The position numbers and the translations under genes are program-made. From Thermoguttaceae bacterium (GTDB lineage Bacteria > Planctomycetota > Planctomycetia > Pirellulales > Thermoguttaceae): a stretch of 64,000 bases of DNA. The stretch covers positions 13,392-77,391 of the forward strand of contig JAVBQX010000014.1 in the NCBI GenBank assembly GCA_031548645.1, read 5' to 3'. Below are positions 8,829-16,478 of this stretch, piece after piece (position 1 is the stretch's first letter; each line of letters starts with the position of its first letter). The notes below the pieces were generated by a model. It ran no database searches. It was not told the origin of the DNA and worked only from the letters and a program-made list of their open reading frames with translations.

Positions 8829-10841
8829 GTGTCCAAAAAAGTCGGCATCATTTGTATCCTGTTTTGCGTTTCCGTGACGCTTTCGACCTTCCACATCACT
8901 CGGGCAACAGCGGCGGAACCCCAAGCGTCCGGCGGCAAATATTACGTGCAGGTCCCGCACGTCGTGTTGCCGGAAACCATTGAGTATAAACCCTATACGG
9001 ATCACCGGAGCTGGCCGTACCATGACGGCGGGGTCGGTGCTTCGCGGTCCCCGGCCACGTACACGGCGTTTCCGTCGTATTCCGTCCCGGAGAATACGGA
9101 ATTTCGCACGATTAATCAGCTTTATTATCCGGTGACGCCGGTGTCCCAGGCCGGCGCGTCATCGGAAACCGTGGCGCAGGTGTGTGCCGATAATCAAATC
9201 GTGCCGACCGACCGACAAATCGCCCGAAATCGAGATTCCGAAACGCGGCAACCGCAGGCGTCAAATCCCCAGCCGTCCGGAGCGTTCGCCGACCTGACGA
9301 ATGCTCCGAAGTTCGAAACGCCGTCGATGGACAGTGTCGCCCGACAGCCTCAAAATGAGGTTGAGCCGGTGTACCTGACGAAACTCGACGGCAAAAGCGA
9401 CGAAACGAAAAATCCGATCCGGCTGGTCAGCGACAACGCCAAAGGTCGCCCGGTCGAGGAAAACGCGACACCGACCGATTCGATCCCCTTTCTCAAGTCG
9501 CAGCGTCTCGAAGCAAGTCGTGATACTTTCAACGCCGACATTTCGCCCCTGCGTTTGAATGCGTCGTTCGCCGCACCGTCGGACGATCCGATCGACATGG
9601 ATTTCGATTTTGAAGAAAACCTGTTGGCAAGCCGGCATTTGAACTGGCTGAACCGCGAATCGCTTTTTGTTCGGCCCGTGAACTACACCGAGGTCGCGCC
9701 GCCGACGCAGCTCGGTTTCATGCAGCCGGGCGCGGGGTTCCAGGCGGCGCAAACCGCGCCGGCTTACGGTCAGTTGTGCCAGCAGAATTACGCTTACGGC
9801 CAGCAGCCCGCCGCCCAAAACCGGTTCATCGGCGCCTATGCGTCGCTTCCGCCGCAGGCGAAATACACCGCGGCGACCGGGCTCAACAGTGCGTGGAACG
9901 CCTATTTCAGCGCGGCGGCCACGCAGCAGCCGATGTCCGCTCAGCCTTCCCAATACAATTCACTCGCGCAACTCGGCGGCATGATGCCCGTCATGTCGGG
10001 ACAGCCTGCGCAGCAGATGCCCGGTTACGGCATGGCGATGCAGCCCCAGATGCAGCCCGGTATGGGAATGCCCGGTTACGGCGGCGGAATGCAGCAGCAG
10101 ACGATCGGTTATATTTTGCTGTACCCGCAGGCGGCGCAATCGGGCGTTAACATGCAAATGGCCGGTCAGCAGGGGCAGGGCAACGGTGACGCGAACGCAA
10201 ACGGCGAAACACCGGCCGAAGGAGATGCGGCCGCCGACCCGAACGCGCAAAACCAGAACGCCATGACGATGCAGGCGACCTTTGTTCCGGCCCAGCAAAT
10301 GCAGATGTCCAACCCCATGATGGGCGGTATGAACCCTTACATGATGAATCCGATGATGGGTGGAATGAACCCCGGCATGATGAATCCGATGATGGGCGGT
10401 ATGAACCCTTACATGATGAACCCCATGATGGGTGGCATGAACCCCTATATGATGAATCCCATGATGGGCGGAATGAACCCCTACATGATGAATCCCATGA
10501 TGGGCGGAATGAACCCCTACATGATGAACCCCATGATGATGGGAATGGGCGGGATGGGGGGCATGATGCCGCCGATCATCATCCAGATGCCCGCCGATTC
10601 GGGGGCGCGTCGCGGTGGCGGATTCTTTGCCCGGCGCCGCGCCGCGCGTGAGGAAAGTCAAAACCGTTATCAGCAGGCCAGCGGTTCGCTCGCGTCGCTC
10701 TTCTCGCAGCCCGAGCAGATGCCGGCCAAGGCGGCCTATCCCTACGGTTATTTCGGCGTGACGGCTTCGCCCTATCAGCCGGGCTGCTTCGGCGGCTATC
10801 ACGACATGTCGATGCAATCGGTCCGTTATCCAGGCATGTGA
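8829..10841 (+). CDS. secreted low-complexity protein with a Met/Gly/Asn/Pro-rich C-terminal repeat array
   Basis: I placed the start at the GTG at 8829, which follows AGGGGG and gives MSKKVGIICILFCVSVTLSTFHITRATA (a signal peptide). The tracked TTG is at 8802. The middle is P/Q/A-rich and the C-terminal third carries six NPMMGGMNPYMM units. Confidence 0.8.
   Translation: MSKKVGIICILFCVSVTLSTFHITRATAAEPQASGGKYYVQVPHVVLPETIEYKPYTDHRSWPYHDGGVGASRSPATYTAFPSYSVPENTEFRTINQLYYPVTPVSQAGASSETVAQVCADNQIVPTDRQIARNRDSETRQPQASNPQPSGAFADLTNAPKFETPSMDSVARQPQNEVEPVYLTKLDGKSDETKNPIRLVSDNAKGRPVEENATPTDSIPFLKSQRLEASRDTFNADISPLRLNASFAAPSDDPIDMDFDFEENLLASRHLNWLNRESLFVRPVNYTEVAPPTQLGFMQPGAGFQAAQTAPAYGQLCQQNYAYGQQPAAQNRFIGAYASLPPQAKYTAATGLNSAWNAYFSAAATQQPMSAQPSQYNSLAQLGGMMPVMSGQPAQQMPGYGMAMQPQMQPGMGMPGYGGGMQQQTIGYILLYPQAAQSGVNMQMAGQQGQGNGDANANGETPAEGDAAADPNAQNQNAMTMQATFVPAQQMQMSNPMMGGMNPYMMNPMMGGMNPGMMNPMMGGMNPYMMNPMMGGMNPYMMNPMMGGMNPYMMNPMMGGMNPYMMNPMMMGMGGMGGMMPPIIIQMPADSGARRGGGFFARRRAAREESQNRYQQASGSLASLFSQPEQMPAKAAYPYGYFGVTASPYQPGCFGGYHDMSMQSVRYPGM
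10311..10568 (+). repeat. 36-bp in-frame tandem repeat, six full units plus one degenerate unit
   Basis: The units start at 10311, 10347, 10383, 10419, 10455 and 10491. They differ almost only at synonymous third positions (aac ccc / aat ccg / aat ccc; ggc ggt / ggt gga / ggt ggc / ggc gga). Confidence 0.95.
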
Positions 10842-10882
10842 TTTGTTGCCGCGCGGCGGTATTTCTGCACAAACCGAACCGA

Positions 10883-10954
10883 CGTCAACACAGAGCCCGG
10901 AGCGTGAGCGACGGTTCAGGACCGGGCGCTGACGCTTCCGGCTCTGTGTTGATG
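10883..10954. repeat. long imperfect palindrome (REP-like hairpin, AGCCCGGAGCGTSAGCGACGG family)
   Basis: The left arm cgtcaacacagagcccggagcgtgagcgacgg can pair with the right arm ccgggcgctgacgcttccggctctgtgttgatg. The arm core recurs as an inverted pair at 58491-58513 and 58602-58623. There is no T-tract, so I do not call it a terminator. Confidence 0.7.
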
Positions 10955-10985
10955 TTGAATGTCAATACGTCATGAGTTCAATGGA

Positions 10986-11134
10986 ATTATTGTGGTGGCG
11001 ATAAAAAATGCACCGCGCTCCCAGCGCTGCTTGCTACGCCAATGTGTTGAAGTTGCGCAATAAGCGAAGTTTTCCGCCATTGGCGAAGCAATCGATTCAT
11101 CGGATGTGTTTAAATTTTACCGCCAACACAATAT
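10986..11134 (+). mobile_element. MITE-like element of about 149 bp (family 148-TIR), copy 1
   Basis: It is bounded by the imperfect TIRs attattgtggtggcg and cgccaacacaatat. The interior aligns along its whole length with 37605-37752 and shares ttttccgccattggcgaagcaa.cgattcatcggatgtgtttaaatt. An internal stem gcttgc.acgccaatg / cattggcgaagcaa.c is present. The tracked ORFs across it (11008..11211, 37697..) are artefacts. Confidence 0.7.
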
Positions 11135-11273
11135 TGATCGAAAATCCCGCTTTTTTCGGTATTTTCCTCTCTTGCGACAAAATTCCAAACTATAGTTCAC
11201 CATTGCGCTGATAATACACATGATGTAATTTGAACCTGCGATTTGTACGAACGAAAAATTACCGGGGGTTGTC

Positions 11274-13046
11274 ATGTCTTCCGTTCAATGGGGATATTCC
11301 TACACGGCATTGAAGTTTTCGACGGCCGGCTCGTCGACGCGGCAATCGGACAAAGCGGACACGGCGGAATCGACGACCATCTCCGCGCCGGCGAAGCTGA
11401 AGCGGGACTATCTCCAGCTTTCCCATCTCTCGCAACAGGATTACGAAGCGGCCATCGCTGCGGCCAAGCAAAATGACGAAGACACCGTCGCGGAGCCGGA
11501 ACGAACCTCCGTCTGGGTGCCGGGCGCGAAAACCGACAAGGATTATTACGCGGCACTCACGGAATTCCTTGGGATCGGCAAGACGCAGGACGGCAAAGAG
11601 GCGAAAAAAAGTTCCGGGAATTTCAAGGCCGATCTCCTGGCCGACCTGAAATCGGCGATCAAAACGAAGGGCCGCGAACTGCAATCGGAACTCAACGCCC
11701 TGTTCAAGCAGAACAATATTTCGCTGGGACGCCACGACCGTCTCACCTTCCGGCTTGATGAAAGCGGCGATCTCTCCGTCTCGGGGCTGAAAAATCAGAG
11801 GAAGTACAACAAGGTCATGAAGGCCGTCAACAGCCGCCCCGAACTGTTGGCCGAATTGAAATCGCTGGCCGCGAAACAGCAGGTTTGCGACGCCGTTCAG
11901 GACGACACGCTGCAAGAGACGATGCAGAATTCGTTCGCGCTCCGGCGTCAACTGGCCAACGATTATCTCGCGACGCAGAACCGTGACGCCTCGCTGGCAG
12001 ATTTCGAATTGTCGGAAGACGCGAGCGCCGGTGCGATGGCGGTGAGTTCGGCCAAATCGGATTGCCAATTGCTGCCTGGAAAAATCGACGGGCTGGATTT
12101 GGAAATCGCCCAACTTTTGGCCGGGCCCGCGGAACCGCCGAAACTCGGCAAGGAAACGGCGGCCATGCTCCGGCAGGTGGAGTATCGACAGGGCGGGAAA
12201 AAGCCGGAAGTCGATTTCGCCTATAAAAACGGCGTCCTCATGAACGACACGATTTATGACCGGGAACAGGTCGATCATGACGTCAAGGCCTTGGCCATGA
12301 ACCCTTTCCCGGGAACGGGAACGCCCCTGGAACACTTCGGCTTTACGATCATCATGAGCCAAAACGGTTCTTACCGCGTCGACGAGGTTTTGACGGAAGA
12401 CGGATTGGAAAAAGTGCTCGGGGACCCGCCGGAAGTGGCTTTCGACGAAACGCTCGCACAAAGCCTGGTCGAAGACATCCTGATGAAGCACCAGTATGAT
12501 TACGGAGACGTCGACCCGGATGTCAACGAGGAATCCTACACGCACGAAGTCAAGCTGAAGATCGACACCGGCCCGAAGGATTGCGAGTTCGAGATCGTGA
12601 GCCCCGGCGTCGAAGCCGTCGCCGAAGAGAATATCCGGCAGGGGATGGCCGATTTCACCCAGGCGATCGGCCAATACCTGCGAACGACCTTCGCGAAGAC
12701 GAATTCCCATCTTACCGCCGAGGAATTGGCCGGCATTCTTTCGCAACCACTGCAATTCTTCCTGAAAGAAGATGGCACGATGGGCTTCGACGAATCCTCC
12801 GTCGGGAACAAAAAGTATGCCGATTTGATCAAGGAAACCTTACACTTGCTCAACGAACGGATCGTCTCGGACGACCCGCTCGCTGACGAGGAATTCGAGT
12901 CGGCGATCGAAGACGAAAATCTCCAGGACGCCCTCAACGCGATGGTCGACGTCAAGCACAACCTCGGTCATTTGCGTCAGAAACAAAAGCGGCAGGATCA
13001 GACGGAGGCCACGATCCGGCGGAAAGTTTCCGAATCGAAATTTTGA
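11274..13046 (+). CDS. hypothetical protein (acidic, no recognisable domain)
   Basis: 590-aa ORF with normal D/E/K-rich composition, preceded by GGGGG. The overlapping 498-aa minus-strand ORF is R/G/F-rich, which marks it as an antisense shadow. I see no signal peptide and recognise no motifs. Confidence 0.7.
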   Translation: MSSVQWGYSYTALKFSTAGSSTRQSDKADTAESTTISAPAKLKRDYLQLSHLSQQDYEAAIAAAKQNDEDTVAEPERTSVWVPGAKTDKDYYAALTEFLGIGKTQDGKEAKKSSGNFKADLLADLKSAIKTKGRELQSELNALFKQNNISLGRHDRLTFRLDESGDLSVSGLKNQRKYNKVMKAVNSRPELLAELKSLAAKQQVCDAVQDDTLQETMQNSFALRRQLANDYLATQNRDASLADFELSEDASAGAMAVSSAKSDCQLLPGKIDGLDLEIAQLLAGPAEPPKLGKETAAMLRQVEYRQGGKKPEVDFAYKNGVLMNDTIYDREQVDHDVKALAMNPFPGTGTPLEHFGFTIIMSQNGSYRVDEVLTEDGLEKVLGDPPEVAFDETLAQSLVEDILMKHQYDYGDVDPDVNEESYTHEVKLKIDTGPKDCEFEIVSPGVEAVAEENIRQGMADFTQAIGQYLRTTFAKTNSHLTAEELAGILSQPLQFFLKEDGTMGFDESSVGNKKYADLIKETLHLLNERIVSDDPLADEEFESAIEDENLQDALNAMVDVKHNLGHLRQKQKRQDQTEATIRRKVSESKF

Positions 13047-13098
13047 TTGCCTTCTCCGGGAAATAATTCCGCTCCGCTTCGACAAGGCGGCGCCGATT

Positions 13099-13135
13099 CG
13101 TTGACGTTCGCTTGTGTGCGGTGTCAACGTTTTTT
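13099..13135 (+). terminator. putative intrinsic terminator downstream of 11274..13046
   Basis: A cgttgac / gtcaacg stem (7 bp, 17-nt loop) is followed by TTTTTT. The right arm and T-tract overlap the last codons (KKKR*) of the convergent lgt gene. Confidence 0.4.
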
Positions 13136-14734
13136 CTTATTCCTGGGCTGGGAATTCGAGGCCGTTTTACCGGGTGCGGCGGACGATGCGTTTTCTGAAA
13201 CCTTCGGAAAACGCGAGGCAAGAGCCTGCCGGGGCGGTCGCGAAAAAATGTAAATCGCGACAAGGATTCCCAACGCGAAAATGGCGATGCTGACATTCTG
13301 CGCGATCGAAAGGCCCGTGCCCATATAGGAGGCTTCGTCGTCGCGGAACATTTCGATACAAAAACGCCCCGTCGAATACAAAAACAGGAACAGCATGAAC
13401 GCGAACCCGTCGCGTTTGCCGAAACGTTCCAATAATATGATCAACAGGCTCAGGCAGACCGCGCCGAAGAAGCTCATGATCTGCGTCGGGTAAACCGGCA
13501 AAACTTCCGGCGGCGACATGGCAAATTGAAACGTCTGCACTGCCTTGTCACCGGGCGTTTCGACGGACAGCGAGACCTCGGAATTCGGGTGGTTCAGCGA
13601 CCGGAAGTAAAACGCCTCTTTAAGCAAACCGGCGTTGATCGCGGTGTTCGGCGGCAGGATGTCGCGGGGGCCGTCGTCGTCGCTTTCAGTAAATTGAATC
13701 TGACGGATGATCATGCCCGGCTTGAGCCCGGCCTTTTCGGCGGAACTGCCCGACTCGACTTCCGCGATCATGGCCGGCAGGGCGTTGAGGCGTTCCTGCT
13801 CGGCTTTCGAAATCTGGCGTTTGCCGCAACCGATACAGGAACACCCGCCGGTGTTTTTTTTCAACTCAAGCGGCGCCGCTTCGACGCCGGAGTAGTCCTT
13901 TGCATCCGCGGCTGAAGCAGCATTCGAATCCCACGACGTGAATTTGAGACCGCCGACGAATGTCTTGTTTTCGTCGACCTGGGCCAGATAGGCCGGGGCT
14001 TCCGGCGGGAATACGATGCCGTGCGAAGCGTCGCAAACCGCGCCGTAACAGCAGCCGTTCATCAGGCAACCGAGCCGCCCGATGGCGATGCCGAGCAGCA
14101 GCGCCGGCGCCATGACGTCGTACATGGCCAACAGGGAAAGCCGGTTTCGCCGGAAAAAGATCGCCGTGCCGACCATGCCGCCGATGATGCCGCCGTAAAC
14201 GACGAGCCCACCCTCGGTGAAAAGCAGCATCTGGGCGAGCGGGTTGGGGTGGCTCAGGTACGAGGGCAGGTATTCGACGATGTGAAACACGCGGGCGCCC
14301 AGCAATCCGGAAACGACGCACCACAGCACGAGCGAAAACATCATGTCACTCGGAATATTGCGTTTTTTGCAGCCGCGATAAATCAACAGTCCCGAGGCGG
14401 AGGAAATCGCCAGCACGAGCATCAGACCGTAACCGCGAATCGGAAGGCCGTGAACGGGATCGGCGATTTTCGGGAGAAACACCGCCGCGGCCAGGGCAAC
14501 CAACAGGATGACGACGCTGAAGCTGATGTCGTCCGAATTTAGTCCGCGTTTCAGAAAGACCCAAAGAGACCAGATCACCGCGAGGAGGAGAAATCCCCAG
14601 AACAACAGGCCCTGAAACCCCAAAAGCGGCAGACCGAACACTTCGACCGGAATATGAAACAGCGTTTGAAACATTTGCGTTGATATTGATATCGGAAAAA
14701 TTTGCGTGAGGTGGGAGTTTTCGCCGCGTGACAA
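13124..14734 (-). CDS. lgt: prolipoprotein diacylglyceryl transferase with an embedded PDZ domain
   Basis: Lgt signature blocks are present in order: PIRGYGLMLVLA, GARVFHIV, EGGLVVYGGIIGG, IGRLGCLMNGCCYG, VYPTQIMSFFG and STGRFCIEMFRDD. An insert of about 170 aa lies between the 4th and 5th blocks and contains AEVESGSSAEKAGLKPGMIIRQI, a PDZ carboxylate-loop/beta-strand signature. The real start may be the ATG at 14674 (MFQTLFHIP...). Confidence 0.85.
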   Translation of the reverse strand: MSRGENSHLTQIFPISISTQMFQTLFHIPVEVFGLPLLGFQGLLFWGFLLLAVIWSLWVFLKRGLNSDDISFSVVILLVALAAAVFLPKIADPVHGLPIRGYGLMLVLAISSASGLLIYRGCKKRNIPSDMMFSLVLWCVVSGLLGARVFHIVEYLPSYLSHPNPLAQMLLFTEGGLVVYGGIIGGMVGTAIFFRRNRLSLLAMYDVMAPALLLGIAIGRLGCLMNGCCYGAVCDASHGIVFPPEAPAYLAQVDENKTFVGGLKFTSWDSNAASAADAKDYSGVEAAPLELKKNTGGCSCIGCGKRQISKAEQERLNALPAMIAEVESGSSAEKAGLKPGMIIRQIQFTESDDDGPRDILPPNTAINAGLLKEAFYFRSLNHPNSEVSLSVETPGDKAVQTFQFAMSPPEVLPVYPTQIMSFFGAVCLSLLIILLERFGKRDGFAFMLFLFLYSTGRFCIEMFRDDEASYMGTGLSIAQNVSIAIFALGILVAIYIFSRPPRQALASRFPKVSENASSAAPGKTASNSQPRNKKKR

Positions 14735-14865
14735 AAAAAGACGGGCTTTTTACTTCAATCCCATGTATAATGGGGGCGGGACGAAAAACATTTCACGTCA
14801 CTATAACAAAAAACAAGGGGTTTTCAAACCCCATAAATTTCGAAACACATTTCCAAAACAGGTCG

Positions 14866-15990
14866 ATGACAAAACAATATCATGCAAACATCCTGAAATT
14901 TCGTCAACGGCCGCGCCTTGCGTTGTTCATGTTGCCGCTTCTGGCCGGCTTGTTTTGCGTGATGACGCAATCGAATAGTATGGCCGGGGATTTGCAGCGT
15001 TACACATTTCAGGAAACCGCCATGTCGATTCCGGTACGCATGATCATTTGCGCGGAAAATGAAGCGGCGGCCAAAACCGCGGCTGAAGCGGCGTTTCGTC
15101 GCGCGCAGGAAATGAGCGACCGGATGACCGATTACGATTCGGCCAGCGAGCTGATGCGGCTTTGTCGCGAAGGCGGCAAAACCGGCAAGCCCGTTCCGGT
15201 GAGCGATGACCTGTTCCGTGTACTGAAAAAGGCGAAACAAATTTCAACGGATTCGCAAGGCGCGTTTGACATTACGGTCGGGCCGATTGTCCGGCTTTGG
15301 CGACGGGCGAGACGCTTGCATGAATTCCCCGAAAAACGATTGCTGGAAGATGCCCGGGCCTTGGTCGGAAACGACCTTTGGGAGATCGACGAAAAATCGC
15401 AAACCGTGACATTGAAAAAAGATAAAATGCTGTTCGACCTCGGCGGCATTGCCAAAGGCGATATCATCGACCAAGCCGTCGCAACGCTGAAACAGCAGGG
15501 AATCACAGCCGCGCTGGTCGATGCCGGGGGGGATATTCGAGTGTACGGCATTCCGCCGGCGAATGATGCCGAGGCGGTTTCAGGAGATGCAAACGGATGG
15601 GTACTTGGGGTTTCTGCGCACAACAAAGAGATCGGTCGTGTCGTGACCGATGGAATTGCGTTGGCTTCGTCCGGCGACCTTTCACGCTACGCTTTGATTG
15701 ACGGTGTCAAATATTCACACATCGTCGACCCGAAAACCGGACTGGGTTTGACGAACCAAACTGCCGTGACCGTTTTTGCCCCGGATGCGATTACTGCGGA
15801 CGCCTTGGCCTCGGCCCTGTCGGTTTTGCCGCCCGAACAGGGCTTGCAACTGCTTGATAATGACGAAGGAGCCGCGGCCATGATCAGTCGGCGTTTGCCC
15901 GAAGAATCCACCGATGAAACGGAGCGTCCGGAATCAACCGCAGTTTGGTATTCCAAAAACTGGGGACAGCTGGTCTCTGATACGAAATAG
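14866..15990 (+). CDS. apbE: FAD:protein FMN transferase
   Basis: Contains FDITVGPIVRLW, LGGIAKGDIID, SSGDLSRY and SHIVDPKTG, preceded by an N-terminal signal/anchor. I placed the start at the ATG at 14866, because the tracked start at 14728 would overlap the lgt start region. Confidence 0.85.
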   Translation: MTKQYHANILKFRQRPRLALFMLPLLAGLFCVMTQSNSMAGDLQRYTFQETAMSIPVRMIICAENEAAAKTAAEAAFRRAQEMSDRMTDYDSASELMRLCREGGKTGKPVPVSDDLFRVLKKAKQISTDSQGAFDITVGPIVRLWRRARRLHEFPEKRLLEDARALVGNDLWEIDEKSQTVTLKKDKMLFDLGGIAKGDIIDQAVATLKQQGITAALVDAGGDIRVYGIPPANDAEAVSGDANGWVLGVSAHNKEIGRVVTDGIALASSGDLSRYALIDGVKYSHIVDPKTGLGLTNQTAVTVFAPDAITADALASALSVLPPEQGLQLLDNDEGAAAMISRRLPEESTDETERPESTAVWYSKNWGQLVSDTK

Positions 15991-16478
15991 ACAAAATGAC
16001 TGAATTTTTGTCGATTTTGCGGTGTCGACGAAAAATAGCCTGCTGCTTTTTTCCAAGCAAATATTTTGTTCAAAATTCGTGAAAATTATTTATTTCAGAT
16101 TGTATTGCCAAAAATAACTGTTATCATGAAACTTGTCATTACGATTTCCGTTTCGACATGATTGACTGCACTTCAAAATCAAGACAAAAATCAAAATAGA
16201 AATTTTTTTGCATAACGTTTGCTTTATATTTGAAACGCAAAACTTTTTTCGTTATCCTTTGTGAATTTTTACGAAATCTTGTGAACTTTTTCGACGGCCA
16301 AGCGTATCAATAGTAACCCCCGTCTCCCGCTTAAAAGCTATTTGTGGCGGAAGTTCGTTTCCCAACGCAAAACGCAGGAGCTTATCCGGGATGCGGGGAT
16401 CATAGGGCAATGTGTTCAATTCCGCCGGGGATTGAGCCGGGCACCCCAAAAGCCGAACCTTCGGCTTGAGAGGAGGGA

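Noticed and set aside
10311-10568. A regular 36-bp repeat array that could superficially suggest a CRISPR.
   Set aside because: The units are directly adjacent with no spacers. They are in-frame within a long ORF and vary at synonymous positions, so this is a coding tandem repeat and not a CRISPR array.
13923-13931. A TTCGAATCC T-loop-like string that might mark a tRNA.
   Set aside because: The flanking bases cannot form a T-stem or the rest of a cloverleaf, and the site lies inside the lgt coding frame. I found no convincing tRNA, rRNA, tmRNA or RNase P signature anywhere in the window.
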